64,000 bases of DNA from Bacteroidota bacterium (GTDB lineage: Bacteria; Bacteroidota; Bacteroidia; Flavobacteriales_E; Vicingaceae), in the NCBI GenBank assembly GCA_013112545.1, contig JABFGJ010000008.1:95394-159393 (forward strand), in the 5' to 3' direction. The stretch's first letter is position 1. Each line of letters begins with the position of its first letter. Both the position numbers and the translations under genes were made by a program. The notes beneath the pieces are model-generated. The model was not told where the DNA came from. It worked only from the letters and a program-made list of their open reading frames with translations, and searched no databases. This document shows, piece by piece, positions 20,420 through 31,824 of this stretch.

Positions 20420-21508
20420 TTATCTCCCCAAAACATATAACATTCTACCATGCGCTACTAGAGCATTTCTAAATGTATCTATGCTATAATAAGGTAGATT
20501 GAATTCTTTAGCAGTTTTTCTGACAATCGGAGCAATGTCTTTATAATGTATATGGCTGATGTTTGGAAATAAATGATGCTCTATTTGATAATTCAAACCG
20601 CCTACAAACCATGACAACACTTTATTTTTGTGTGCGAAGTTTAATGTCGTATTTAACTGATGAGCTGCCCATTGGTCTCCTACAACATTATCAATATCAG
20701 GTAAAGGATATTTTGTATCTTCCATTACATGCGCCATTTGAAAAACAGAAGCTAAAGTTACACCAGCAGTTACATGAACAGTAAGAAATCCAATAATCAA
20801 CTGCCACCAAGCAATATCCATAAAAATTAATGGAATTGCTACCATATAAGCAAAATACATAATTCTTGTCAGAATTATTTGAGTTAATTCTTTTCTATAA
20901 GTTGTCTTTAATTGCTTATAAAGACCTCTCTTTTCATATCGATTGACATCAACAAAGTCTTTAGCAAAAGTCCATGATAAAGTCATTAAACCATATAAAA
21001 ACCAAGCATAGATATATTGATAACGATGAACTTTCTTTTTTTCTGCATGGGGAGAAAATCTTAAAAGTGAAGCAGGTTGAATATCTTCATCATACCCTTC
21101 AATATTGGTGTAAGTATGGTGCATAATATTATGCTGAGCCTTCCAATTATTGACATTTCCACCTAAAAAATTCAATGAAAAACCCATAAATTTATTCAGC
21201 CATTTTTTATTGGAGAAACTACCATGATTGGCGTCGTGCATTACACAAAACCCGATACCTGCCATTCCAAAGCCCATCAATACTGTCATTGCCCATGCAA
21301 TATAAATATTAGAATAGCTTGAAGTAACTAAAACAAAATATGGAATCGTGTAGAGCAAAAACATAAATACAGCCTTAATTTTTAATGAAAGACCTCCTGT
21401 TTTGCTAAGATTATTTTCTTTGAAATAAGCATCTACTCTTTTTCTTAAGGTTTTTACAAATTCGTTTTGTGATGGATTCTTAAACCTCAGTGGTGTTATT
21501 ACGTGCAT
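20420..21508 (-). CDS. Membrane fatty acid desaturase (FADS-like, three histidine boxes)
   Basis: 362 aa. HDANH, HNIMHH and QIEHHLFP histidine boxes, plus TM helices. Confidence 0.85.
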   Translation of the reverse strand: MHVITPLRFKNPSQNEFVKTLRKRVDAYFKENNLSKTGGLSLKIKAVFMFLLYTIPYFVLVTSSYSNIYIAWAMTVLMGFGMAGIGFCVMHDANHGSFSNKKWLNKFMGFSLNFLGGNVNNWKAQHNIMHHTYTNIEGYDEDIQPASLLRFSPHAEKKKVHRYQYIYAWFLYGLMTLSWTFAKDFVDVNRYEKRGLYKQLKTTYRKELTQIILTRIMYFAYMVAIPLIFMDIAWWQLIIGFLTVHVTAGVTLASVFQMAHVMEDTKYPLPDIDNVVGDQWAAHQLNTTLNFAHKNKVLSWFVGGLNYQIEHHLFPNISHIHYKDIAPIVRKTAKEFNLPYYSIDTFRNALVAHGRMLYVLGR

Positions 21509-21787
21509 TGAATGCTTTTTTTATTAATAATTTGCAAATTTAAGCATGAAAGCATCAAATTTCATTAATAACCAATTGACTTTTCCATATTAGGTTGTGA
21601 ATAGATCATGATCATTTACATTATTTAAACTTAAAATTTGATCACTATCTTCCTAAATAATTTATTTTCCAAAATTTAAAAAGCTTATTAACTACCATTT
21701 AAATTATAATTTTTTATACGCTTTAGTGAAAATATAAAATTCAATTAGCATGTTATTTATAGCTAATTTCGTGTTCAAAATAAATGC

Positions 21788-23347
21788 ATGGCTGATAAAA
21801 ATATAGAGCAAAAAACGGACAATATCAGTCAGGAAGAGATTAATCTTTGTCTGGAAATTCTTGAAAAACTAAACTCAAACACCAATCAAATATTTGAAAT
21901 TCCAAAAGAGCAACGCATTGCCTTAATTAAAGCTGCGGGACTTTTTTCTAGACCAAGTAGAGAGGAATTTGGGAGGCGAAAAAAAGAAGCTAAAAAAGCA
22001 CAAAAACGAAAATTAAAAGAGAAAGATAGATTCGCTAGAAACACGACGGGCATTCGCTCGGCAAGAGATGCAAGCATATTTGTATCTCCTAAAATGATAT
22101 CTCTCACGGGTCTCGAAAAAGAGGCAGAAATTGAATTGGAATCTCCGAGAAATTGCTATGTGTGCAAAGAAGTGTTCAACACCTTGCATCATTTTTACGA
22201 TACCATGTGCAAAGAATGTGGTGATTTTAATTATGCCAAACGATTCCAAACGGCTGATTTAACAGATCAAGTAGCCTTAGTAACTGGTTCCAGGTTAAAA
22301 ATTGGTTATCATATCACATTGCTTATGCTTCGAGCTGGAGCCACGGTAATTGCCACTACTCGATTTCCAGTTGACTCAGCCTTGCGATTTGCTAAAGAAG
22401 CAGATTATAAACTTTGGAAAAATCGATTACACATTCACGGACTGGATTTAAGGCATATTCCTAGTGTAGAAATCTTTTGCAATTACATCGAACAGAAATA
22501 CGATAAACTCGATATTTTAATAAATAATGCAGCTCAAACGGTGCGCAGACCTTCAGGGTTTTATCAGCATCTGATGCCAAACGAAGAATTAGCGATGGAT
22601 AAACTTCCTCAAGCTGTTCAAGACTTGTTGGCCGATCATGATACTTGCATCAAAGAACTACATAAATTAAATGCTAGTTTTACTGAGAAAGAGCAAAAGA
22701 ACCTACCTATTAGTTGGCATGGAAAACAACTGGGTATTGGATTACATGCATCTGCTAAACTTTCTCAAATTCCTTATAGTATAGATGATACTTTACCTAG
22801 TCAAGAGGTTTTCCCGGTAGGCCAGTTAGATGCCGATTTACAACAAGTTGACCTGCGTAAAACAAATAGTTGGCGTTTGAGACTTGGAGAAATTCACACC
22901 AATGAAATGCTAGAAGTGCAATTAGTCAATTCAGTAGCTCCATTTGTCTTAGTGAATCGCTTGGTTAATATCATGAAAAAGGAAAACACTGGCGTTAAAC
23001 ACATAATTAATGTATCAGCAATGGAAGGTAAATTTCATCGTTGGCATAAAGAAGATCGCCATCCGCATACCAATATGGCAAAGGCCGCTTTAAACATGAT
23101 GACACACACTTCAGCTTCCGATTTTGCTAAATATGGCATTTATATGAATGCTGTTGATACCGGTTGGGTTACCGACGAAGACCCTGTTGAATTAGCAAAC
23201 AAAAAGAAAGAGGTTCATGACTTTCAACCTCCATTAGACATAGTTGATGGCGCTGCACGTGTTTTAGACCCTTTGTTTGATGGTATCAACACTGGAAAGC
23301 ATTGGTGTGGTAAATTCTTGAAAGATTATAGACCTATTGATTGGTAA
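21788..23347 (+). CDS. SDR-family oxidoreductase with a ~170-aa N-terminal lysine-rich and Cys4 (zinc-ribbon-like) extension
   Basis: C-terminal Rossmann motif [26 protein letters not shown] and NNAA. N-terminal CYVC...CKEC. Confidence 0.65.
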   Translation: MADKNIEQKTDNISQEEINLCLEILEKLNSNTNQIFEIPKEQRIALIKAAGLFSRPSREEFGRRKKEAKKAQKRKLKEKDRFARNTTGIRSARDASIFVSPKMISLTGLEKEAEIELESPRNCYVCKEVFNTLHHFYDTMCKECGDFNYAKRFQTADLTDQVALVTGSRLKIGYHITLLMLRAGATVIATTRFPVDSALRFAKEADYKLWKNRLHIHGLDLRHIPSVEIFCNYIEQKYDKLDILINNAAQTVRRPSGFYQHLMPNEELAMDKLPQAVQDLLADHDTCIKELHKLNASFTEKEQKNLPISWHGKQLGIGLHASAKLSQIPYSIDDTLPSQEVFPVGQLDADLQQVDLRKTNSWRLRLGEIHTNEMLEVQLVNSVAPFVLVNRLVNIMKKENTGVKHIINVSAMEGKFHRWHKEDRHPHTNMAKAALNMMTHTSASDFAKYGIYMNAVDTGWVTDEDPVELANKKKEVHDFQPPLDIVDGAARVLDPLFDGINTGKHWCGKFLKDYRPIDW

Positions 23348-23546
23348 AAATAGCAATTAACACCCTTTATTAATTCAGGGTATGAATTTCTAAATGGCTT
23401 CTAATTCATAGAAATAATATATTCGTTTTAACGAAGATAAATTTTGATTACATTTGGTAGCATTGTTTTAAAATATCAATTAATTTACTGAAAACCAATG
23501 CGATAAAACATTAAAGTTTTTTAAGTTTTTGTAATCATTATCCGAT

Positions 23547-25538
23547 ATGAAGGGTTTAATAAGTAAAAGATTTTTTTTCTTCCTTTATTCTCTAATGCTT
23601 TACAATTCTTTACTAGCTACAAATAATACCTACTTAGATAGCATACAATCTATTCTAAAAAAGACAACTAATACTGAAGAAAAACTTAAAATATTATACA
23701 CACTCAGTTTTGAATATAGCTTAATTAATCCAGAAATAGGAATTAAATATGGAAAAGAATGTTATTCCCTTTCAATTCAAAACAATAATTTATTCTTCCA
23801 ATTAAATGCTTATAATGGAATAGCAAATTCTTATGAAACATTAGGTGAATACGATTCTGCATTATACTACCATTTAGAATCTTATAAATTAGCTACAAAG
23901 ATGGGTTCAACATCCAAAATGGCTTTAACACTTTCTAACATCGCACTAATTCATAAACTAAAAGGAGATTATAAAAAAGCTTTAAATCAGTACTTGTTTG
24001 CATATAAAATTCTAGAAAAGCAAGATAGTTACAATCCTCGAATTCATTTTTATATTGGGGATATTTATATGCGCCTAAACGATTATGAAAATGCTGAGCT
24101 CCAAACTAGGTTGGGTATTAAGAAGTGCATAGAATATGATCAAAAGGAAATTAAGTATAATTTATACATTAATCTAGCGAAATGTTACCTTCATGTTGGG
24201 AAGATAGATTCGGCAAAGTTTCATTTATTGAATTCATTGAAAAATCTCGAACAAAACTCAGATCAATTAAGTATTGGGATTTGTTTAAATGCATTGGGAG
24301 AAGTATTTACTGCTTCAAATGAATATGATATTGCTTTTAAATATTATTCAAGAGAATTAAATATTCAAAAAAAATTAAAAAATTCTGTTGGAATAAACTT
24401 AGCATATATAAATATGGCTAATAGTTTAGCTCATACTAATCAAGATAAATCACTTGTTCTAGAATATTTAAAACTAGCTGAGAAAGGTTTAGAACCTTTA
24501 AAATCAATAAATGATCAATTATTGGAAATTTATTTAAAAAAAGCCGAGACGTATGAGTTAATAAATAACAGCTCTAAAGCGCTTGAGAACTACAAATTGT
24601 ATCAAAAGCTAAAAGAAAAAGTTTTAGATAAAAAAAAGGTAGATCAAATTGTTGAAATGCAGACAAAATATGAAACTGAAAAGAAAGAGCTTAAAATTAG
24701 ATTACTAGAACAAAGTGATTTAATAAAAACAACTCAACTGAAAACACAAGAATCACTAATATTTTCAAAAAATATTTTAATAGCTACAAGTGGAATAGTC
24801 ATCATTTTAACTTCAATTTCTGTGTTTTTTATTTTACAAAAACAAAAATTGAAAACTAATTTAGAAAAAGAGCTGGCAATTAAAAAAGCTGAGGAAACAG
24901 AACGCTTACGCATTGCAAAAGATATACATGATGACCTGGGTTCCGGTTTATCTAAAATTAATTTTTTAAGTGCTATAATTTTAAATGATAAAGAATTAAG
25001 CTATAAATCAACTGAGAATATTCAAACTATAGTTGATTCTTCATCAAAAATTATTGAAAGTATGAGGGATTTAATTTGGATACTAAATCCCGAAAACACT
25101 ACTATGCTGGGATTGATTTCTAGAATTAGAGAGTATGCATCTGATTACCTAGAAGATTATCCTGCAGAGCTAAATTTTAATTTAACTCAAAACATAATTG
25201 ATTTTCCCATTTCAAAAGAAAGCTATCGTGATGTTTTTATGACAGTTAAAGAAGCGTTAAATAATATTATAAAACATTCTAATGCTAGATTGATTGAAAT
25301 AAAAATAGAAATAAGTCAGGGGATTTTCATTTTAATGATAAAAGACAATGGCAAAGGAATTGCAAACTTGGGATTGGTTAATTCGATTATTATAGAAGGA
25401 AATGGTTTAAAAAATATGACTGAGAGAATAGAATCAATCGGTGGTAAATTTAAAATAGAAAGTAACTCAACCATTGGAACAATAATACTCATTGAAATTT
25501 TAATTGATCAATTAAAACAGAATCGAATACTACTTTAA
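23547..25538 (+). CDS. TPR-repeat sensor histidine kinase (HisKA_3/HATPase_c)
   Basis: 663 aa. N-terminal TPR region, one TM, H-box ERLRIAKDIHDDLGSGLS, and C-terminal ATPase G-boxes. Confidence 0.8.
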   Translation: MKGLISKRFFFFLYSLMLYNSLLATNNTYLDSIQSILKKTTNTEEKLKILYTLSFEYSLINPEIGIKYGKECYSLSIQNNNLFFQLNAYNGIANSYETLGEYDSALYYHLESYKLATKMGSTSKMALTLSNIALIHKLKGDYKKALNQYLFAYKILEKQDSYNPRIHFYIGDIYMRLNDYENAELQTRLGIKKCIEYDQKEIKYNLYINLAKCYLHVGKIDSAKFHLLNSLKNLEQNSDQLSIGICLNALGEVFTASNEYDIAFKYYSRELNIQKKLKNSVGINLAYINMANSLAHTNQDKSLVLEYLKLAEKGLEPLKSINDQLLEIYLKKAETYELINNSSKALENYKLYQKLKEKVLDKKKVDQIVEMQTKYETEKKELKIRLLEQSDLIKTTQLKTQESLIFSKNILIATSGIVIILTSISVFFILQKQKLKTNLEKELAIKKAEETERLRIAKDIHDDLGSGLSKINFLSAIILNDKELSYKSTENIQTIVDSSSKIIESMRDLIWILNPENTTMLGLISRIREYASDYLEDYPAELNFNLTQNIIDFPISKESYRDVFMTVKEALNNIIKHSNARLIEIKIEISQGIFILMIKDNGKGIANLGLVNSIIIEGNGLKNMTERIESIGGKFKIESNSTIGTIILIEILIDQLKQNRILL

Positions 25539-25578
25539 TGTTACAATTTGATGCAATACCTTTATCTAATTTTGAAGT

Positions 25579-26202
25579 ATGAAGCTATCTGTTTGTATTG
25601 TAGAAGATGAAAAACACATTCGAGAAGGAATTGCTCTCTTTATAAATGAAAGCGATGGATTTAGTTGTGAGCATACTTATAGTAATTCAGAACAAGCTAT
25701 TAAAGAAATACCATTATTAGGTATAGATGTTGTTCTAATGGATATAAATCTTCCTGGAATTTCTGGAATTAAGTGTGTTGAATACTTAAATCCAATTTGT
25801 CCAAAAACTCAATTTCTAATGTTTACTTCTTTTGATGATTCAGATTCTGTATTTAACGCTTTAAAAGTAGGAGCAAATGGCTACATTACTAAAACCACTA
25901 CACCGCTCAAATTACTAGATGCTATCATAGATATTCATAAAGGTGGGTCTCCTATGAGTAGTCATATTGCAAGAAAAATTGTCAACTCATTTCAAGCAAC
26001 AAAAACCAATTCGGAACTAAAAAAATTATCAACCAGAGAAATTGAAATATTAGATTTACTAGATAAAGGCTATCGGTATAAAGAAATCGCTAATCATTTG
26101 TTTATTAGCACCGAAACTGTAAGAACTCACATTCGAAATATTTATGAAAAGCTACAAGTGAATTCTCGAACAGAAGCTATAAATAAGACCCATCGATTAT
26201 AA
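25579..26202 (+). CDS. Response regulator, NarL/LuxR family (REC + LuxR HTH)
   Basis: 207 aa. Receiver domain Asp ([10 protein letters not shown]) and C-terminal LuxR-type HTH. Confidence 0.9.
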   Translation: MKLSVCIVEDEKHIREGIALFINESDGFSCEHTYSNSEQAIKEIPLLGIDVVLMDINLPGISGIKCVEYLNPICPKTQFLMFTSFDDSDSVFNALKVGANGYITKTTTPLKLLDAIIDIHKGGSPMSSHIARKIVNSFQATKTNSELKKLSTREIEILDLLDKGYRYKEIANHLFISTETVRTHIRNIYEKLQVNSRTEAINKTHRL

Positions 26203-26296
26203 TTCCTAATTTAGATTACTACTTTTTGCGTATTGCCTTGTCCAAATAAAGGTTTCAACTTTGATTCATATAATCTTAATAAACAGGATAGATACT

Positions 26297-27286
26297 ATGA
26301 AAGCAAGAATTACAATTTTAGCAGTTTTAACTAAAATATGTGTTATTGGACAAACCATAACCTACAATAACTTTTCTAAAGCCATAAACGATACAATCTC
26401 GGTTAATCTTGCTGAGAATAATTCCTTTAGTCCAACTTTAAAAACCACAACAGGTTCAAGTGTTATTTGGAATGCATCGAACTTACTAGTGAAATCGGGT
26501 ACTCCAATCATTCACTTTTCATATTCTGCAACTACAAGTACTCCTTACGCAAGTTTATACCCAAATAGCAATTACAGTTTCTATGACCCAGCTTTAACTG
26601 CATTTTTGGGTTATGATTTTGTTCATTTTAATTCCGATAGCGTTATAAGTTGGGGGACTTATGAACCGAGTTCTTCTCATGAAATTTTTCAAAACCCTGA
26701 CAAAAAATTGATATTCCCTTTTACTTATGGACAAAGTTTTACTGATACATATGCCAAAACAAACTACAGTAATGCAACTACTATTAGCAGCTATCAAGTA
26801 GGTACAAGAACTGTTACTTTTAGTGGATTTGGCACTTTGATTTTGCCTCAAGGAACATTTACCAACGTCGCTTTGGTAACTGAGTTAAGAACGAACAACC
26901 TTGGGCCAAATTCTTATGAATATACTTGGTACAATATTTCAAATGGCAAAAAACTCTTATTGAGAACTGAAAACGGCAGCTCTATTAATACCGCTTTCTG
27001 CAATTCCTTACCAACTGGTATATCGAAATTAGCTAATACTTCTGAATTCAGTATTTCTCCAAATCCAGCTGCAACTTCAGCCACATTAAATATAAGCTCC
27101 ATTCTAATTAGCGATCATTTAAATTTGACCATATACAATTTACTAGGTGAAAAAATTTATACATCTGTAATCACTAGTAATAAGCACATAATCAATAGAA
27201 ATGGCTTAGATTCTGGCATTTACATTTACACCATAACAACTAAAGCCAATGAAACATTATCAATAGGAAAATTGATTTTTAAATAA
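26297..27286 (+). CDS. Secreted protein with a T9SS type A C-terminal sorting domain
   Basis: Start chosen at the Met followed by a signal peptide (MKARITILAVLTKICVIGQT). The C-terminal ~80 aa match a Por/T9SS sorting domain (ISPNPA...LTIYNLLGEKIY...GIYIYTI). Confidence 0.75.
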   Translation: MKARITILAVLTKICVIGQTITYNNFSKAINDTISVNLAENNSFSPTLKTTTGSSVIWNASNLLVKSGTPIIHFSYSATTSTPYASLYPNSNYSFYDPALTAFLGYDFVHFNSDSVISWGTYEPSSSHEIFQNPDKKLIFPFTYGQSFTDTYAKTNYSNATTISSYQVGTRTVTFSGFGTLILPQGTFTNVALVTELRTNNLGPNSYEYTWYNISNGKKLLLRTENGSSINTAFCNSLPTGISKLANTSEFSISPNPAATSATLNISSILISDHLNLTIYNLLGEKIYTSVITSNKHIINRNGLDSGIYIYTITTKANETLSIGKLIFK

Positions 27287-27354
27287 ATAATATTCTTCTA
27301 AGTCTTTGTAACCTAAACTACACTGAAACATAAATTACAAGTTAACTTTGCAGC

Positions 27355-28218
27355 ATGAAATTGCTGTACACTTTTTTTGAATCTATCGTCAATACTTTCA
27401 ATTGGACCATTCAGAGCATACTCATGAATGTTCCTTGGTATCAAAACTTTTTCTATGGTTTAATCCTAATTTCTCTGTTAGCATGGAGCCTAGAGATTCT
27501 TTTCCCCTGGCGAAAAAATCAATCCATTATTAGAAAAGATTTTTGGCTAGATGGCTTTTACATGTTTTTCAACTTTTTCATTTTTGCCATTTTTATCAGT
27601 GGATTTTATGCAATCCTAGAACAGCTTTTTTCTACTATTGGTATCAGCATCAACTCTTTTGCTTTACTTTCAATAAATGAGCTCTCTCCTATCCTACAGC
27701 TCTTAATATTCTTTATTTTATTAGATTTTGTTCAATGGTTTACCCATGTTTTATTACACCGTTTCGAGTTTCTTTGGAATTTCCACAAAGTACATCACTC
27801 GGTTAAAGAAATGGGATTTGCAGCTCATTTAAGATACCATTGGATGGAAAACATATTTTATAAACCCTTTAAAACATTAGCTGTCATGTTACTTGGCGGT
27901 TTTGAACCCGAACAAGCTTATATCGTTCATTTCATTGCCATTACCATTGGTCATATCAACCATTCTAATGTTAAAATTACTTGGGGTCCACTGAAATATG
28001 TTTTCAACAATCCAGTCATGCATTTATATCATCATGCTTATACTTTGCCTAATAAATACGGAGTGAATTTTGGAATTAGCTTAAGCTTGTGGGATTATCT
28101 CTTTAAAACCAATTATATTCCCAAGCCAAATGCCAACGAAAAATTGGGTTTTGAAGGTGATGAGAGTTTCCCAAGTGATTTTATTTCTCAAAACCTTTAT
28201 GGGTTTAAGAAGAAATAA
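27355..28218 (+). CDS. Sterol desaturase / fatty acid hydroxylase superfamily membrane protein
   Basis: 287 aa. Histidine motifs HKVHHS and HLYHH. Confidence 0.7.
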   Translation: MKLLYTFFESIVNTFNWTIQSILMNVPWYQNFFYGLILISLLAWSLEILFPWRKNQSIIRKDFWLDGFYMFFNFFIFAIFISGFYAILEQLFSTIGISINSFALLSINELSPILQLLIFFILLDFVQWFTHVLLHRFEFLWNFHKVHHSVKEMGFAAHLRYHWMENIFYKPFKTLAVMLLGGFEPEQAYIVHFIAITIGHINHSNVKITWGPLKYVFNNPVMHLYHHAYTLPNKYGVNFGISLSLWDYLFKTNYIPKPNANEKLGFEGDESFPSDFISQNLYGFKKK

Positions 28219-28226
28219 ACTACATC

Positions 28227-29105
28227 TTAGCTAATTTCTTTTACCGCTTGTTGAATACGCTCATTTAAACAATCACTTACCCTCCACAAAGGCAATCTCA
28301 GGTAATCATTGCAAACAGACAAGTGTTTTAAAGCTGCTTTTATACCGCCTGGATTTCCTTCTTCAAACATTAGATTGGTGAAGTCTAATAATTGATAATG
28401 TAAATTTCTAGCAGTTGCTAGATCTCCCATTAAGCTCGCTCGAATCATATCTGAATATTGCTTGGGATAAGCATTGGCTACAACTGAAATTACACCTACT
28501 CCACCCAAAATACTAATAGGAAATGCAAGAGCATCTTCACCAGAGGTCAAGAAAAAATTATCCGGTTTGTTTTTTAAAATTTGCATCACTTGATCCATAT
28601 TGGCCGAAGCTTCTTTAATTCCAATGATGTTTTCGAAATCATTGGCTAAACGCAATGTCGTTTGGGCTGTCATATTTGAAGCCGTCCTTCCTGGCACATT
28701 GTATAATAATATGGGCAAACTAGAAATGCTTGCAATGGCTTTATAATGCTGATAAATACCTTCTTGTGTTGGTTTATTATAATAAGGGCTTGCTGTTAAA
28801 ATAGCCGTTACACCTTCTAAATCAAAAGATTGATAGTTAGAAATAACTTGAGCTGTATTGTTTCCTCCTATGCCCAAAACAATTGGTCTTCTAGCATTAT
28901 TTACCTTTTTTACATGGCTTAAAATAGCAATTTGCTCATCCATTTCAAGTGTTGCTGTTTCTCCAGTTGTTCCTAAAACAACTAAAAAGTCTAAACCGCC
29001 TTGTATAACATGCTCAACTAATGCAGTTAATCCAACAAAGTCAACTGTTCCATCCGAATTAAATGGAGTGACTAATGCTACTCCAGTACCCTTTAATGCT
29101 TCCAT
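28227..29105 (-). CDS. dapA: 4-hydroxy-tetrahydrodipicolinate synthase
   Basis: 292 aa. VALVTPF...GTTGE and conserved Lys/Tyr regions. Confidence 0.9.
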   Translation of the reverse strand: MEALKGTGVALVTPFNSDGTVDFVGLTALVEHVIQGGLDFLVVLGTTGETATLEMDEQIAILSHVKKVNNARRPIVLGIGGNNTAQVISNYQSFDLEGVTAILTASPYYNKPTQEGIYQHYKAIASISSLPILLYNVPGRTASNMTAQTTLRLANDFENIIGIKEASANMDQVMQILKNKPDNFFLTSGEDALAFPISILGGVGVISVVANAYPKQYSDMIRASLMGDLATARNLHYQLLDFTNLMFEEGNPGGIKAALKHLSVCNDYLRLPLWRVSDCLNERIQQAVKEIS

Positions 29106-29106
29106 A

Positions 29107-29631
29107 TTATTTATTTATCATGTTTAAATAGACCTTCATTTGTTCAATTAAATAATCTAACCTTTGTTCCTGAATATCAAGCGTTAAATCAAAGGTTTCA
29201 TTTCCATACTGGTGGTTTGGTCCTACTTTAAATTTTGCATTTGAAAGACTTGATAATACTTTTAGCGAAAAGTTTGCTTTTAGATTTAAGTCAATCATCA
29301 AATCGTGTTGCTTCTTTATTAATTTGATTAATTCTTGCCTTTTGGGAAATTTATAGGCATTTAAATCTTTTCTATCGTAGTAATAAAAATTGTTCTCATC
29401 TGCCGGTTTACTTACATTTTTGCCAAGTTTTGAGAAATATCCAATACTATCAACTTGCAACCTTTCTTCTTTGAAGTATCGGATAAAATCCCTAACCTTT
29501 TGAGATTGTGCCTTATCAGTGCAATCGTAAATTATCAAAGCTGTTTTTGTGCTTTCTAAATTCTTAAAGTAAACCTCTCTAGTCAGTTTGGACTTTTTCC
29601 TTTTTAATAAAAATTCACCTAAAAATTTCAT
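29107..29631 (-). CDS. Hypothetical protein
   Basis: 174-aa ORF tightly packed between dapA and the DUF721 gene. Confidence 0.5.
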   Translation of the reverse strand: MKFLGEFLLKRKKSKLTREVYFKNLESTKTALIIYDCTDKAQSQKVRDFIRYFKEERLQVDSIGYFSKLGKNVSKPADENNFYYYDRKDLNAYKFPKRQELIKLIKKQHDLMIDLNLKANFSLKVLSSLSNAKFKVGPNHQYGNETFDLTLDIQEQRLDYLIEQMKVYLNMINK

Positions 29632-29641
29632 CGCATCAAAT

Positions 29642-29932
29642 TTATTTAAAAATGATATCGCTTACCATTCTTTTCTGAGCCTTTCGGTTTAAACTTTCTA
29701 TTAAGTTGGTTTTAGCATAAGAAAGCTCTTGGCGAACTGTAGATGAATCTAGTTTTATGTAGAGTGTACCTTTTTTGAAATAAATTTCTGTAGTGTGCTT
29801 GGCAATCATTTTGCCTACCACTTCTTCCCAACTTTTAATTAAACTCATTTCGTCTAATTTGTCTCCCAAGCCATATGTTCTAAGCATTTGGTTAATTACC
29901 TCTCGTAATGGCTTTTGATTTTGATCACTCAT
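29642..29932 (-). CDS. DUF721-like small protein, commonly found downstream of recF in Bacteroidota
   Basis: 96 aa. Overlaps the recF stop, an arrangement conserved in this phylum. Confidence 0.55.
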   Translation of the reverse strand: MSDQNQKPLREVINQMLRTYGLGDKLDEMSLIKSWEEVVGKMIAKHTTEIYFKKGTLYIKLDSSTVRQELSYAKTNLIESLNRKAQKRMVSDIIFK

Positions 29933-31031
29933 ATGTTAATGCCTCCCCAGCTTTAATTTTAAAAACCTTATGTTCTGTTTTTAAATTGGTAAATAATTTT
30001 GGCAAACGGTCATGATGTGTATCGCTAATAAAGACTTGTCCAAACAATTTATCTTGAACAACTTCCATCAATTTAGAAATTCTTGATTCGTCTAATTTGT
30101 CATAAATATCATCTAAAAGCAAGATTGGGGCAATTTTTTTGATGCTTTTCAAAAATTCTGCTTGAGCCAATTTCAAAGCCAGTAAAAAGGTCTTTTGCTG
30201 ACCTTGTGAACCAAATTTCTTTATGGGTTTACCGCCAAGCTCAAAAGACAAGTCGTCTTTGTGAACTCCAGCATTCGTGTAGGTTCTTCTTCTGTCTTTA
30301 TCCCTTGTTTCGATTAATAAATTTTCAAATTTATGTTCTATCAATTTAGATTCGTAAACCAAATTCACCTGCTCCTTTTTATTACTGATATAATCATAAT
30401 GCTTTTGAAATAGCGGAATAAACTCTTGAATAAAAAGATTTCGAGCCTCAAATATTGGTGTGCCAAAACGAAGCAATTGATCATCCCAAACTTCTAAACT
30501 TGCCACATCGAACTGCCTTGTTTCCATAAACTTTTTAAGCAATCGATTTCGATGCGACAAAGCTTTATTATATTGAATTAAATAATCAAGGTAATTTCGG
30601 TCATATTGAGAGATAATTAAATCTAAAAACCGTCTTCTAACTTCACTTCCCTCTAATATTAATAGAGAATCTTCAGGAGAAATCATCACCAAAGGTATTA
30701 AACCAATGTGATCTGCTAGTTTTTCGTATTCTTTCTTATTTCTTTTAAATTGCTTTTTCTGTCCTCTTTTAATACCGCAATAAATACTCTCATTTTTCCC
30801 TTTTATATCAAATTCTCCTTGTAATACCATAAAAGGTTCATCATGTCGAATAATTTGAGAATCAGAAGGATTAAAATAACTTTTGCAAAATGAAAGGTAA
30901 AATATTGCATCAAGCAAGTTGGTTTTTCCCTCTCCATTATTTCCTAGAAAACAGTTGATATTTGAAGAAAAGTCGAGCTTAATTTCTTCGCAGTTTTTAA
31001 AGTTTAAAAGTTGAATATTTTTTAGATGCAT
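29925..31031 (-). CDS. recF: DNA replication and repair protein RecF
   Basis: 368 aa. Walker A GNNGEGKTNLLDAI, plus a C-terminal signature motif and D-loop. Confidence 0.9.
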   Translation of the reverse strand: MHLKNIQLLNFKNCEEIKLDFSSNINCFLGNNGEGKTNLLDAIFYLSFCKSYFNPSDSQIIRHDEPFMVLQGEFDIKGKNESIYCGIKRGQKKQFKRNKKEYEKLADHIGLIPLVMISPEDSLLILEGSEVRRRFLDLIISQYDRNYLDYLIQYNKALSHRNRLLKKFMETRQFDVASLEVWDDQLLRFGTPIFEARNLFIQEFIPLFQKHYDYISNKKEQVNLVYESKLIEHKFENLLIETRDKDRRRTYTNAGVHKDDLSFELGGKPIKKFGSQGQQKTFLLALKLAQAEFLKSIKKIAPILLLDDIYDKLDESRISKLMEVVQDKLFGQVFISDTHHDRLPKLFTNLKTEHKVFKIKAGEALTYE

Positions 31032-31136
31032 GCTTGTGCAAAAATAGCCAAAGGACTTGTGTTAACATATTGCTTCAAAAAATTTGTCGGAACTAAAAAA
31101 AACTTATTTTTGCCGCTTCGAAAATCAAGAAATAAG

Positions 31137-31823
31137 ATGTCTAAGAAACAGGATCAAAACGAAGAATTAATAGTAGATGTACAAGAAGTTTACAGTAAAA
31201 CTGAAACTTTCATTGAAGAAAACAAAAAGACTCTTTCAGGAATCGTTGCAGCTTTAGCAATTGTTATTGGAGGCTATTTTGCTTATAATAGTTTTTATAT
31301 AGCACCATTGCAAAATGAAGCTATTGAAGAAATGTTCATGGCTGAGAAGTATTTCTCGCAAGATTCAATGAATTTAGCCATCAATGGTGACGGAGTTCAT
31401 GCAGGCTTTATCGAGATTGCTAACAATTATGGTTCAACCAAAGCTGGAAATTTAGCCCATTATTACTTAGGCATAGCTTATTTGAGAACTGGACAATATG
31501 AGGCTGCAATAGCTGAATTGAAAGATTTTTCGGCAGACGACATTATGGTTAGCACAATGGCTATTGGTGCAATTGGTGATGCTTACTTAGAGTTAGGCGA
31601 TTTAAAGCAAGCTGTTTCTTATTATAACAAAGCCGTTAAAAACGAAGAGAATAATTTTACTACTCCTTATTATATGCTAAAAGCAGGTAAAACTTATGAA
31701 TTGTTAGGCGACTATAAAGCAGCAGTAAAGAACTACAAAGGCATACAAACCGATTTTAAAAATTCAGCAGAAGCAGCTGATATTAAAAAGTATATCGCTA
31801 GAGCAGAATCATTTATCAATTAA
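31137..31823 (+). CDS. Tetratricopeptide repeat protein (secreted or membrane-anchored)
   Basis: The start was moved to the ATG at 31137, because the ORF track's start at 31026 overlaps the divergent recF. One TM, then TPR-like repeats. Confidence 0.6.
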   Translation: MSKKQDQNEELIVDVQEVYSKTETFIEENKKTLSGIVAALAIVIGGYFAYNSFYIAPLQNEAIEEMFMAEKYFSQDSMNLAINGDGVHAGFIEIANNYGSTKAGNLAHYYLGIAYLRTGQYEAAIAELKDFSADDIMVSTMAIGAIGDAYLELGDLKQAVSYYNKAVKNEENNFTTPYYMLKAGKTYELLGDYKAAVKNYKGIQTDFKNSAEAADIKKYIARAESFIN

Positions 31824-31824
31824 A

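Noticed and set aside
31026-31136. Upstream extension of the TPR gene from the ORF-track start
   Set aside because: It overlaps the divergent recF start and lacks a signal or TM context. The ATG at 31137, followed by a TM helix, is the more plausible start.
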